64,000 nucleotides of DNA from Deltaproteobacteria bacterium (GTDB taxonomy: Bacteria > Myxococcota > Kuafuiibacteriia > Kuafuiibacteriales > Kuafuiibacteriaceae): assembly GCA_040218735.1 (NCBI GenBank), contig JAVJQW010000061.1:192001-256000 (forward strand), written 5' to 3'. The position numbers were made by a program, and so were the translations under genes. Shown one piece after another: positions 1 through 9,175 of this stretch. The first letter of the stretch is position 1. Every line of letters begins with the position of its first letter. The notes under the pieces are model-generated. The model saw only the letters and a program-made list of their open reading frames with translations. It was not told the DNA's origin and searched no databases.

Positions 1-88
1 ACGTCGCGATGGACGAGGTCGTCACCTCCGCCGACGCGACGGGGCTCGCGAGCAGCGCCAGCGCGGCGCCGAACAGGACGGTCTTCAT
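1..88 (-). CDS. 5' part of a secreted protein (runs off the left edge)
   Basis: ATG at 88 overlaps the TGA of the TlpA gene (ATGA). Translates MKTVLFGAALALLASPVASAEVTTSS, a Sec signal peptide. Confidence 0.65.
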   Translation of the reverse strand, partial: MKTVLFGAALALLASPVASAEVTTSSIAT

Positions 89-627
89 TGCGCGAGGAGC
101 TTTTTGACTGCCTCGGCCAGCTTGACCTCGTCGCCCGGGTTGTAACCCGCGGCCTGGTGCACGATGCGCCCCTGGCGATCGATGATCACCGTCATCGGCG
201 CGTTGCGCGAACGGTTGTACAGCGCGACGGCGCGCTGGTTCGTGTCGAGCGCGACGGGCATCGTGAGCCCGAGGCGCTGCGCCGTCGGCGCGACCTCGGC
301 GACCGTCGTCGGCTCGTCCATCGCGAGCGCGACGATCATCAGACCCTTTTCCTTCTCCGCGTTGTACAGCTCGTCGAGGTGCGGGAGCTCCACTTTGCAG
401 GGCCCGCACCACGTCGCCCAGAAGCTCATCACGATCACGTCCTTGCCCACGTGATCCGACAGCGTGAACTTGTCGCCGTCGATCGTCTCCAGCGTGAAGT
501 CCGGCAGCGTCGCCGCCCCGCTCTTCTTCGCGGCCGACGCCTTCGATTCGGTCTTCGCCGGATCCGACGCCTTGGGGCCCTGGGCACACGCCGCCGTCAG
601 GAGCAGCAGCAACATCAACCTTCGCAT
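85..627 (-). CDS. TlpA/ResA-like thioredoxin-fold disulfide reductase lipoprotein
   Basis: Lipobox LTAAC, PDFTL motif, FWATWCGPC active site, cis-Pro region APMTVIID. Confidence 0.9.
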   Translation of the reverse strand: MRRLMLLLLLTAACAQGPKASDPAKTESKASAAKKSGAATLPDFTLETIDGDKFTLSDHVGKDVIVMSFWATWCGPCKVELPHLDELYNAEKEKGLMIVALAMDEPTTVAEVAPTAQRLGLTMPVALDTNQRAVALYNRSRNAPMTVIIDRQGRIVHQAAGYNPGDEVKLAEAVKKLLAQ

Positions 628-643
628 CGTGAAGAGTTCCCTA

Positions 644-1306
644 TCACCGTTCGAGGAGCGACTCGAAGTAATCGAAGACGGCCGGATCGGTTCCCACCTG
701 CGTCCGCAGGATCGTCATCGTCTCGAGGTCGATGACGACGTTGAGCGGGAGCGTCGGCGGCACGAGCACGCGGTTCACGTACGCGCTCGGGTCGTGAAGC
801 GTCGTATACGTGGGGCGCTGCGAGCGTAGCCAGTTGTCGAGCACCTGCTTCGTCGCCGGACGTGCGTTGGTGTCCTCGATGACCACGCTGACGAGGAGCC
901 CGCCGCGCGGCGCCCACTCGGCGTACTGGTTCGGGAACTCACGCGCCTCGAGCTTGCACTCCGCGCACCAGTCGGCCGCGACGTTGAACAACAAGTAGTC
1001 GTAGCCCTCGATGTCGCGCAGGTCTTCGAACGTGACGCTCTCGATGTATTCGTTGCCGCGGATCGAGTCGACGGGCATCTCCGTCACGTAGCCGGCGAAC
1101 GCGGCGTTCTCGATGACGTCGCCCGCTTCGCCGCCGTACGGCCCGACGGGGTAGGTCGGCGTGCCGCCGTCGCGATCGGGATCGATCTGTCCCGCGTCGC
1201 GCGGTGCGTAGTACCAGGCCGGCGGCTCACCCACGACGTTGTCGCCGCAGCCGACCAACCACGCCGCGCCCGCCAAGATCAGGGCGCCTCGAAGACTTCG
1301 ATTCAT
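644..1306 (-). CDS. Redoxin/thioredoxin-fold lipoprotein
   Basis: Real start is MNRSLRGALILAGAAWLVGC (lipobox) at 1306, inside the longer listed ORF. Has a WCAEC CxxC motif and LPLNVVID. Confidence 0.8.
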   Translation of the reverse strand: MNRSLRGALILAGAAWLVGCGDNVVGEPPAWYYAPRDAGQIDPDRDGGTPTYPVGPYGGEAGDVIENAAFAGYVTEMPVDSIRGNEYIESVTFEDLRDIEGYDYLLFNVAADWCAECKLEAREFPNQYAEWAPRGGLLVSVVIEDTNARPATKQVLDNWLRSQRPTYTTLHDPSAYVNRVLVPPTLPLNVVIDLETMTILRTQVGTDPAVFDYFESLLER

Positions 1307-1413
1307 TGCGTCACCGTACTCTACCGTCCGTCCCCCCTCATCGTTACCAGACGCGCACGACGTCCGGAAACGATCCGTTCGGTTCGGACATCTCCTGAAC
1401 AGCGGTGAGGCAC

Positions 1414-1439
1414 GTAACTTGGCCCGACCAACCTCCGTA
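1414..1439 (+). promoter_or_regulatory. Putative ECF sigma promoter GTAACT-N16-CGTA
   Basis: Close to the SigF/ECF16-type GTAACC-N16-CGAA consensus. Lies 14 nt upstream of the nrsF-like ATG. Confidence 0.45.
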
Positions 1440-1453
1440 TCCACCGTCAGCCG

Positions 1454-2074
1454 ATGCAGACGCCCCCCCACGCCCCCTCCGCGGTCGACGTGATCCACCG
1501 CGATCTGAGCGCGTTCGGCCGCCGCCGGGCGGTGGCCCTGGTGGGTTACCTCGCCCTCGCGGCGCTGCTCCTGGGGGCCTTTCTGCTCGCCCCGTCCAAG
1601 AAACCCACCCTCGAACGCGACGGCCCCTGGATGGTCGCGCTGGGCCTCGTCTTCGTGGGCTCGGCCCTGTGCACCGCCATCGCGCTCGGGGTCCCGCTGG
1701 TCCGTCGGATGACCGCCTACAGTCTGGGCGCCGTTGGTCTGGGCAGTGTCTTCGCCGGCCTGTTCCTCACCGTCGACCCCGCCGCCATCGGCGGCGCACC
1801 CGGGCCGCAGTGCTTCGCCTTCGGGAGCGCCGTCTCCGCGGTGGCGATGGTCGCGCTCGGCGTGGTGTCGGGCCGCGTGTGGCGCCGCTTCCCCGACCCC
1901 ACGTTCTTCATCGCGACCGGCGTGACCGGCGTGGGCATCGCGGTCCTCCACATGCGTTGCCCGAACGGCGAACCGCTGCACCTGTTCGGCTTCCACGCGA
2001 CGCCGCTGATCCTCCTGTTCCTGGTCACGCGCTTCGTCGTCCGCGCCCGGACGCGCCTGTTGCAGGACACCTGA
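1454..2074 (+). CDS. NrsF/DUF1109-like membrane anti-sigma factor
   Basis: About 6 TM helices, with GPQC and LHMRCP...HLFGFH (Cys/His pattern of the NrsF family). Confidence 0.65.
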   Translation: MQTPPHAPSAVDVIHRDLSAFGRRRAVALVGYLALAALLLGAFLLAPSKKPTLERDGPWMVALGLVFVGSALCTAIALGVPLVRRMTAYSLGAVGLGSVFAGLFLTVDPAAIGGAPGPQCFAFGSAVSAVAMVALGVVSGRVWRRFPDPTFFIATGVTGVGIAVLHMRCPNGEPLHLFGFHATPLILLFLVTRFVVRARTRLLQDT

Positions 2075-2101
2075 GCGCTCTGCCACCCTTGTCACGACAA
2101 C

Positions 2102-2641
2102 GTGACGAAGGAAGACGCACGCATCGGCATCGTGACCGTGTCCGACCGCGCCAGCCGCGGCGAATACGAAGACCTCGGAGGCCCGGCCATCCGCGCCTAC
2201 TTCGAACAGATCCTCACCAACCCGTGGTCCCCGGTCGCGCGCGTGATCGCGGACGACCAGAACACCATCGAGTCCACGCTCGCCGAGCTCGTCGACGACG
2301 CCGGCTGTGACCTCGTCGTCACCACCGGCGGCACCGGCCCCGCGCCCCGCGACGTGACGCCCGAAGCCACCGAGGCCGTCGCCGACAAACTCATGCCCGG
2401 CTTCGGCGAGCTGATGCGGCAGGTGTCGCTCCAGTACGTGCCGACCGCGATCCTCTCGCGCCAGACCGCGGTGATCCGCAAGAAGGCGCTCATCGTGAAC
2501 CTCCCCGGGAAGCCGAAGTCGATCCGCGAGTGCCTCGACGCCGTGATGCCCGCGATCCCGTACTGCCTCGACCTGATCGGCGCGGCCTACCTCACGACCG
2601 ACGAGACGAAGGTCAAAGCGTTCCGCCCCAAACCAAAGTGA
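2102..2641 (+). CDS. mog: Molybdopterin adenylyltransferase
   Basis: VSDRAS, YEDLGGP, TTGGTGPAPRDVTPEAT, AILSRQ, NLPGKPK motifs. Confidence 0.95.
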   Translation: MTKEDARIGIVTVSDRASRGEYEDLGGPAIRAYFEQILTNPWSPVARVIADDQNTIESTLAELVDDAGCDLVVTTGGTGPAPRDVTPEATEAVADKLMPGFGELMRQVSLQYVPTAILSRQTAVIRKKALIVNLPGKPKSIRECLDAVMPAIPYCLDLIGAAYLTTDETKVKAFRPKPK

Positions 2642-4014
2642 TGCGATACGCCGTCCTCGCCTCCACGCTGTTGCTCGGGTGCTCGGCCCGCGTCACGGCG
2701 ATCGACCTCCCCGATCCGGCGGACATGAAGTCGATGCTGGTGGGCTGGTCGCACGAGAACGACAAACGCATGTTCGGCTTCGACCTCGAGGCCCCGATCG
2801 ACGCGGACAAACTCCCCGACCTCGAATCGTTCAGCGGCGAGGCGACGCTGTGGGCGGTGTTCTACCGCGACCCCCTCCCGGCGGTCGGGTTGGAGGCGGG
2901 CGAGATCTTCGAGGTGAAGGACGAGGCGACGTCGCGTCCGCTACCGGAGTTCGCGGAGGGCTACGTGCGCGCCGTCCCCGACGACGACGACTGGGGGAAG
3001 CTGTCCGGCACGGCGGGGGCGCAGATCGAGTTCAGGATCGAGCGCGGCCCGGTGTCCCTCGAGCACTGCCCCGAGGACTTCGGGCTGCAGCCGGCCTACC
3101 GGAGCCCGCGCGAAGAGAGCTTTCACACGTCGCTCACGATCAACGACAGCCTCGTCTACGCGTTCGGCGAGGCCGGGACCCTCCTCGAGATCACGCCGAC
3201 GGGCGTGACCGCCACCTCGACGTCGATGGTCCACGGCGCGAACGCGTCGGCCCTCGCACCGAACGGCGACGTCTGGCTCGGGACCTACTTCCGCGTGGAC
3301 CCGGAGACCCTCGAGGGCCGCGTGTACCGCGGGCACCCGGACCGCGGGTTCGTGGAGGTGGCGCGCGAGGCGTCGGAGATCATCGCGATGGCGGCGCCCG
3401 GTGTGCCGGGGGCGGTCGACGAGCTGTTCTACATCACCAACGAGGGTTTGATCGTCCACCTCAGGGAGGGGACGCGGGTGGAGTACGACGAGCCGCTGTA
3501 CGCGGAGGGCAACGACGTGAAGATCGCGGGCGCAGTGTGGAAGGGCGACGGTGAGGCCGGCATGTTCCTCGCGAAGTCCTACGCGGCGATCTCGGAGGGG
3601 AGCATCCGCGAGTACTTCCACGAGGTCACCAACGGCGGCGACTACACCGCGATGACGAAGCTCGCGAACGGCGATGTCCTCGTGCTCCAGGGCCTCGGGT
3701 GGCTGGTGCAGCCCACGCCGCAGGACGGCTTCCCGAACGGGCTGATGCGCGCCGGCCAGCACATCGGTACGAAGGACACCTTCGCGTTGATTCCTTACGG
3801 GCCCGGCTTCCTCTACGCGCCGGCCGGGTTGTCGCCGATCTACGGCGTCCTGCACGAGGCGCAATGCAACGCGGACTCGGATCAGACCTTCGCCGACTTC
3901 ACGGCGAAGACGGCGAATCGAATGGGGGACCACTACGTGGTGATCGGAAGTGCCAGCAACATGCGCGTGATGGACAGACGCGCCGTCATCCTGATCGGAC
4001 GCGCCGAATGGTAG
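2641..4014 (+). CDS. Hypothetical lipoprotein, probably beta-propeller
   Basis: ATG overlaps the mog stop. Lipobox LLGC and repeated beta-strand motifs (PNGDVWLGT, ANGDVLVL). Confidence 0.65.
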   Translation: MRYAVLASTLLLGCSARVTAIDLPDPADMKSMLVGWSHENDKRMFGFDLEAPIDADKLPDLESFSGEATLWAVFYRDPLPAVGLEAGEIFEVKDEATSRPLPEFAEGYVRAVPDDDDWGKLSGTAGAQIEFRIERGPVSLEHCPEDFGLQPAYRSPREESFHTSLTINDSLVYAFGEAGTLLEITPTGVTATSTSMVHGANASALAPNGDVWLGTYFRVDPETLEGRVYRGHPDRGFVEVAREASEIIAMAAPGVPGAVDELFYITNEGLIVHLREGTRVEYDEPLYAEGNDVKIAGAVWKGDGEAGMFLAKSYAAISEGSIREYFHEVTNGGDYTAMTKLANGDVLVLQGLGWLVQPTPQDGFPNGLMRAGQHIGTKDTFALIPYGPGFLYAPAGLSPIYGVLHEAQCNADSDQTFADFTAKTANRMGDHYVVIGSASNMRVMDRRAVILIGRAEW

Positions 4015-4649
4015 TCGTACCGCTGCTCCTCGCGCTCGGGGCACCACCGACGCTCGTCGACGTCGCCAAGCTCGACAAGCGCTTCCGCCTCGACATCAAG
4101 TACGCGACCGAGGACAACTTCTTCGGCAAGAAGGTGTACCCGGAGGCGCGTTGCCTGCTGCGCCCCGAGGTCGCCGAGCGCGTCGTCGCCGCGCAGAAGT
4201 GGCTGGACGCGAAGCACCCCGGGTACGTGTTGCTGTTCAAGGACTGCTACCGCCCGAACCACGTGCAGCACGTGTTGTGGGACGCGGTGAAGGGGACGAA
4301 GAAGTCCGCGTACGTCGCGAACCCGAACACGAAGACGGGGTCGATCCATTCCTATGGCGCCGCGGTCGACCTCACGTTGGTCGATGCGGAGGGTAAGGAG
4401 GTCGACATGGGCACGCCGTACGACCACCTCGGCAAACTCGCCGAGCCGCGCCACGAGGCGCGGTTCGTCCGCGAGCGAAAGCTCACCGCGCGACAGGTCG
4501 CAAACCGGAGGATCCTGCGGGACGCGATGACCAAGGGTGGGCAGTTCAAGATCATCCGGAACGAGTGGTGGCACTTCAACGCGGCACCCTCGAAGGTGAT
4601 CCGCAAGAAGTACGAGCGCCTGGACCTGCCTTTCTCCGCGGTGGACTGA
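4008..4649 (+). CDS. D-alanyl-D-alanine dipeptidase (M15D, VanX/DdpX family)
   Basis: YATEDNF, DCYRP, SIHSYGAAVD (SxHxxGxAxD), DMGTPYD, EWWHF. Confidence 0.92.
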   Translation: MVVVPLLLALGAPPTLVDVAKLDKRFRLDIKYATEDNFFGKKVYPEARCLLRPEVAERVVAAQKWLDAKHPGYVLLFKDCYRPNHVQHVLWDAVKGTKKSAYVANPNTKTGSIHSYGAAVDLTLVDAEGKEVDMGTPYDHLGKLAEPRHEARFVRERKLTARQVANRRILRDAMTKGGQFKIIRNEWWHFNAAPSKVIRKKYERLDLPFSAVD

Positions 4650-4713
4650 CGCCGCGGCCGCTGTTTGCGTTCGCCGGCTTTCCTTTGGTGCATTCGGTTG
4701 CCATGCTGGCTGC

Positions 4714-6459
4714 GTGCGGATCCTGAGACTCCTCGCCGTACCCATCGTCGTGCTGTGGGCGCTGATCGTGCGCCCGCTGCAGATTCGAGCGCGTAAGCGG
4801 ATCCTGAAGAAGAACGGCTGGGCCGAGCTGCACCTCGAGGGGCAGGTCATGGAGATGCGCCCCGTCGAGAAGCTCGCGCAGCAGCTCGTGAAGCGGGCGA
4901 TGCAGCGCGAGGACCCGCCGCGCGTCGTGCTCGCGCGGCTGCGCCGGTTCGCGGACGAGATCGCCTCGGACAAACACGCGCGCGGGGTGCTGGTTCGCAT
5001 CGACGCGCTGTCCTGCGGGCTCGCCTCCGCGACGGCGATCCGGCGCGAGCTGATGAACATCCGCGACGCCAAGAAGGAGGTCGTGGTCCACCTCGCGCGC
5101 AACGCGGGGAACCTGGAGATGTTCGTCGCTTCCGCGGCGACGAAGATCTACGCGACACCCGTCGGCGCGATCGCCTCCGTCGGCATGTCGTCGGTCGGGC
5201 TGTTCATGGCCGAGACGCTCGAGCGCATCGGCGTGAAGATCCAGGTCGCGTCGCGCGGTCGATTCAAGTCGGCGCCGGATCGTTTCACGCGCACGGAGCG
5301 CAGCGACGCGGACCGCGAGCAGACGCAGGCGCTGATCGACGAGGTCGACGCGGAGCTCGCGACCGCGATCGCCGACGGCCGACGCATCCCGGAGCCGGAC
5401 GCGATCACGATGATCGACTCGCTCCCGATGATCGGGACACAAGCGCTCGACAAGGGCTTCATCGACGGCATCGCCCGCGACGAAGACCTCCCGACCGTCG
5501 TGCAGACGATCGAAGACGCGGAGGAGCCGGCGCGCTTCGTCGGCGCGGGGGCGTACCTCGACGCGCGCACGATTCACCCGCTCTTCCCGCGCAAGCGGAA
5601 GCGGATCGGCATCGTGCAGGTGCACGGGGCGATCGTCGACAAGGCGCCGCCCTATCAGCAGGTCTCCGGGAGCTCCGCGGTGGAGAAGGCGGTCGTCGAC
5701 GACCTCCGGACCGCGCTGAACGACAAGACGATCGGTGCCGTCGTCCTGCACATCGATTCACGGGGCGGCAGCGTCACCGCGAGCGACGCGATGTACGCGG
5801 CGGTCAAACGCCTCGACCAGGAGAAGCCGGTCATCGCCTGCTTCGCCGACGTCTCGGCGAGCGGCGGGTACTACGTCGGGTGCGGCGCGCGCGCGATCGT
5901 GTGTGACCCGCTGACGATCACCGGGAGCATCGGCGTCTTCGCGATGATCCCGACGCTCCAGGGGCTCACCGAGAAGATCGACCTCAAACACGACGTCATC
6001 GAGAACCGCAAACACGCGTCGCTGTTCAACCTCTACCGCGACCTGACCCCCGAGAACCGCGAAGCCACCGACGCCGAAGTCGAAGCGATGTACGAGCGCT
6101 TCCTCGCCATCGTCGGCGAAGCGCGCGACATGACGCGCGACGAGGTCGACGAGGTCGCGCAGGGCCGCGTCTGGACCGGCCGCGCCGCCCGCAAACACCG
6201 CCTCGTCGACGGACTCGGCGGCATGGAGGAGGCGCTCGGCCGCGCGCGCGACGCTTGCCCGGACCGGCTCGACGAGCGCCCCGTGCTGGTGACCTCGAAG
6301 GGATCGCAGCGACGCCCCGAGCCGTTCGTCCCGGCGGAGGCGGCGCGGGTGTTGATGCAGTGGTTCGGCGCCGCGGACATCCCGGTGGATCTGCTGACGA
6401 TGATGCTGACGGGCTCGAGGCATTCGGTGTGGGCGTACGCCCCGGTAACCCTGCGCTGA
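4714..6459 (+). CDS. sppA: Signal peptide peptidase SppA (protease IV, long form)
   Basis: Tandem S49 domains: GRFKSA, IDSRGGS, ASGGYY, TITGSIGV, QGRVWTG. Confidence 0.9.
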   Translation: MRILRLLAVPIVVLWALIVRPLQIRARKRILKKNGWAELHLEGQVMEMRPVEKLAQQLVKRAMQREDPPRVVLARLRRFADEIASDKHARGVLVRIDALSCGLASATAIRRELMNIRDAKKEVVVHLARNAGNLEMFVASAATKIYATPVGAIASVGMSSVGLFMAETLERIGVKIQVASRGRFKSAPDRFTRTERSDADREQTQALIDEVDAELATAIADGRRIPEPDAITMIDSLPMIGTQALDKGFIDGIARDEDLPTVVQTIEDAEEPARFVGAGAYLDARTIHPLFPRKRKRIGIVQVHGAIVDKAPPYQQVSGSSAVEKAVVDDLRTALNDKTIGAVVLHIDSRGGSVTASDAMYAAVKRLDQEKPVIACFADVSASGGYYVGCGARAIVCDPLTITGSIGVFAMIPTLQGLTEKIDLKHDVIENRKHASLFNLYRDLTPENREATDAEVEAMYERFLAIVGEARDMTRDEVDEVAQGRVWTGRAARKHRLVDGLGGMEEALGRARDACPDRLDERPVLVTSKGSQRRPEPFVPAEAARVLMQWFGAADIPVDLLTMMLTGSRHSVWAYAPVTLR

Positions 6460-6657
6460 CGAAAGTCAGTCGCACCCTTGAACTTGAACTTGCCCTTGAA
6501 CTTGCCCTCGACTGGGAGTGATTCCTGCCAACGCGATGCGCTCCAGGGCTACCGTTAGTCCTTGCCCTGGTTCCCGTCGGGTCACCCGGAATCGACGCCG
6601 TGCTCGAGGGCAAGGTAAAGGGCAAGTTCAAGTTCAAGGGGCGCTGCGGACTTCGTC
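6458..6657. repeat. About 54-bp imperfect inverted repeats (6458-6511 and 6604-6657) built of CTTGAA/CTTGCC hexamers, around a structured core
   Basis: Left arm is gacgaaagtcagtcgcacccttgaacttgaacttgcccttgaacttgccctcga. Reverse complement of the right arm is gacgaagtccgcagcgccccttgaacttgaacttgccctttaccttgccctcga. Confidence 0.9.
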
Positions 6658-6664
6658 CTCGCGC

Positions 6665-7966
6665 CTACGGCTCCAAATCCAACCACCTCCCCCGGTACGT
6701 CGCCCACCCCTTCCCGAAGGCCTTCGCCGCCGACGTCACGTTGATCGCCCACCAGATCCCCGCCGCGCCGAAGCCGAGGGGCAGCGCGAGCGCCCAGGCC
6801 ATCGGGACGCGCACGATGTTGAACGGCGCGGACCACCAGAAGACCGTCTTGGTGTCGCCCGCGCCCGCGAGGACGCCCTCGGCGAGGGCCTCCCAGGCGA
6901 CGCAGGTCTGGGTGAAGGCGAGGATGGTCGCGTACTCGATCGCCGCGGCGTGCACGACCGGGTCGTCGGTGAAGAATCCCGTCAGCGGCTCGCCCGCGAA
7001 GTAGAACGCGAGCGATGCGGCGACGCCGAGCGCGGTGGTGATTGGGAACGCGAGGCGGACCGTTCGGCGCGCAGCCTCTTTGTCACGCGCGCCGAGCTGC
7101 CGACCGACGAGGCTCGCAGCGCCGAGCGACACGCCGTGGAAGACGGGCCACGTGAAGCCTTCGAGCGCCGAGAACCCGATCCCGAGCGCCGCGTTCACGG
7201 ACGGTCCGAGCGGCGACACACTCGTCTTGAGGAGCATCCAGTATACCCCCGCGTAAAGCAGTGTATTGAGTGTAATCGGTAGCCCGATACGCGTGACGCG
7301 GCGCAGGCCGGCGGGTCGAACGTCGCCGAGCCGCAGGCCGATGATGCGCACCAGCGCGACGTACCCGATCGCCGTCGCGACGAAGCGCGACGCCGTGGAG
7401 GCGAGCGCCGCACCCACGATGCCGTGCGACTCGATCAGGTACGGCGTCAGCACGAGGTTGAGCGCGAGCGTCAACGCGTGCAGCAGCAGCGGGCCCTTCG
7501 CGTACCCCATCGCGAGGAACACCTGGTCGACGAGCGGCGTGAACACCAGCGGAAGGATCGTGATCGAGACGGTGAAGAGGTAACGCTCGCACTCGACGGC
7601 CGCCTGCCCTTCGAGGCCGAGGGAGGACACGATCCACGGCGCACCCACGGCGCCGAGCACCATGAGCACCCCGCTGATCATGAACGCGCCGAACGTCGCC
7701 GCCCCGAAGTGCTGACGCCTCGACGCCGGGTCGTTCGCGCCCGTCGCCCGCGCGACGAGCGGCGCGGCGCCCCCCGCCACCAACTCGAACACCGCGTAGA
7801 ATGCGATGAGCACGTAGATCGACGAGCCGATGGCCGCCTGCGCATCCACCGAGATGCGCTGCACGAAGTACTGGTCGACGATGCGGTACGAGTTCGTGAG
7901 CACCGTGAACAGCGCGCTCGGGACGGCGAGCCGGATCAGCTCGGCGAGCGGCGCGCGGTGCTCCAA
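6665..7966 (-). CDS. MATE family efflux transporter
   Basis: About 12 TM in two repeats. RLAVPS, VARATGA, LVGRQLGA, AGAGDT, GAAGIWWA motifs. Confidence 0.9.
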   Translation of the reverse strand: MEHRAPLAELIRLAVPSALFTVLTNSYRIVDQYFVQRISVDAQAAIGSSIYVLIAFYAVFELVAGGAAPLVARATGANDPASRRQHFGAATFGAFMISGVLMVLGAVGAPWIVSSLGLEGQAAVECERYLFTVSITILPLVFTPLVDQVFLAMGYAKGPLLLHALTLALNLVLTPYLIESHGIVGAALASTASRFVATAIGYVALVRIIGLRLGDVRPAGLRRVTRIGLPITLNTLLYAGVYWMLLKTSVSPLGPSVNAALGIGFSALEGFTWPVFHGVSLGAASLVGRQLGARDKEAARRTVRLAFPITTALGVAASLAFYFAGEPLTGFFTDDPVVHAAAIEYATILAFTQTCVAWEALAEGVLAGAGDTKTVFWWSAPFNIVRVPMAWALALPLGFGAAGIWWAINVTSAAKAFGKGWATYRGRWLDLEP

Positions 7967-7987
7967 AGCGCGCGGAGCGTACCTGGA

Positions 7988-9094
7988 TCAGCTCGCGGAA
8001 CCCATCCCGAGTGCTTCGTGCGCGGTGCTTCTCCACATGGCGAAGCTCGGGACGGACTCGGCGTCGGCTTCGTTGAGGACCTGCTCGGCGACGTAGACCG
8101 CGGCGGCGACGTCCAACGGGCCTTCGCCGACGACCTCGGCTTCGTGGTGCGCCGCGGTCGCCCAGACGATCTGGTACGGGAGCCCCCACAGACCGGTGAG
8201 ATACGCGCCGAGCTCGGCGTGGGTCACGCCAATGACACTCTGCTCCTGCTCGATGTCCCCGTCGGAGTCGACGATCGGCGAGGCGGCCGGGAGCTCGGAG
8301 GCGACGACGAGGCGGCCGACGTCGTGGAGGAGGCCGGCGAGGAACGCGTCGTCGCGATCCTTGGGGCGCGAGACGATCGCGCGCGCGGCGACCGCGACGT
8401 CGACGGAGTGGCGGTGAATCTTCTCGATGAGCTTCTGGTTCGGACCCGACGCCACCGCCATGAAGACCTCCTGCGCCAACACGAGGTCGCGCACGGTGCG
8501 CGTCCCGAGGCGACCCACCGCGTCGATGACGTTGCGCACGCCGCGTCCACGGGAGAAGTACGGCGTGTTCGCGACGCGGATGATCTCGGTCGAGATCGCG
8601 ACGTCGCTCTCGACCACCTTGCCGACCGCACGGAAGTTCGCGTCGGGGCGCTTCAGCATCTGGACGAGGCGACCGTAGACCTTGGGCTGCGACGGCAGGT
8701 GCTCGACCCGGCCGACGAGCTTCCGGATCCCCTCGTCCTGGATGAGCATCTCGAGGTCGACCGCCTGGGAGATCAGCCCGACGAGCTTGCCGAGCTCGAT
8801 GTCGGGCTCGACGATCTGGTGCGACGCAAACAGCGCGCGGAGGCGCGCGTCGATGTCGTCCTCGGCCGAGCGCACGATGCGCGCCGTGGTCGGGTGGAAG
8901 TCACGAACGCGTCGTATGAACTCGACGGAGTCGGGCACGCTGGACACGACGACGGCGTAGCTGTTTCGCGACATCAGGTTCATCGCCTGACGACTGGTGT
9001 CGGCGATGTCGATGTCCCACGGCACGACGCCGGACAGCGCCTTCTTGATGTGGTTCTGAGCTTCGGGGTGATCTTCGACGAATAGAACGCGCAC
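7988..9094 (-). CDS. Receiver-like plus HDOD domain signalling protein
   Basis: N-terminal RVLFVED. HDOD motifs LPSQP, IIRVANTPYF, HSVDVA, AGLLHDVG, THAELGAYL..WGLP. Confidence 0.88.
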   Translation of the reverse strand: MRVLFVEDHPEAQNHIKKALSGVVPWDIDIADTSRQAMNLMSRNSYAVVVSSVPDSVEFIRRVRDFHPTTARIVRSAEDDIDARLRALFASHQIVEPDIELGKLVGLISQAVDLEMLIQDEGIRKLVGRVEHLPSQPKVYGRLVQMLKRPDANFRAVGKVVESDVAISTEIIRVANTPYFSRGRGVRNVIDAVGRLGTRTVRDLVLAQEVFMAVASGPNQKLIEKIHRHSVDVAVAARAIVSRPKDRDDAFLAGLLHDVGRLVVASELPAASPIVDSDGDIEQEQSVIGVTHAELGAYLTGLWGLPYQIVWATAAHHEAEVVGEGPLDVAAAVYVAEQVLNEADAESVPSFAMWRSTAHEALGMGSAS

Positions 9095-9175
9095 TGCGGG
9101 GACCCTCGTGCACGTTGAGATCGGTCGAGTATGCGCTCGCGGTACGCTGCGGCACCGGCGGTGTTTCGTTTCGGA

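Noticed and set aside
1307-2095. N-terminal extension of the listed 483-aa ORF 644-2095
   Set aside because: It is antisense to the NrsF-like gene. The lipoprotein start at 1306 is far more plausible.
4008-4649. Vancomycin resistance cluster
   Set aside because: Only a lone VanX/DdpX-family dipeptidase with an export signal is present. No vanH, vanA, vanR or vanS.
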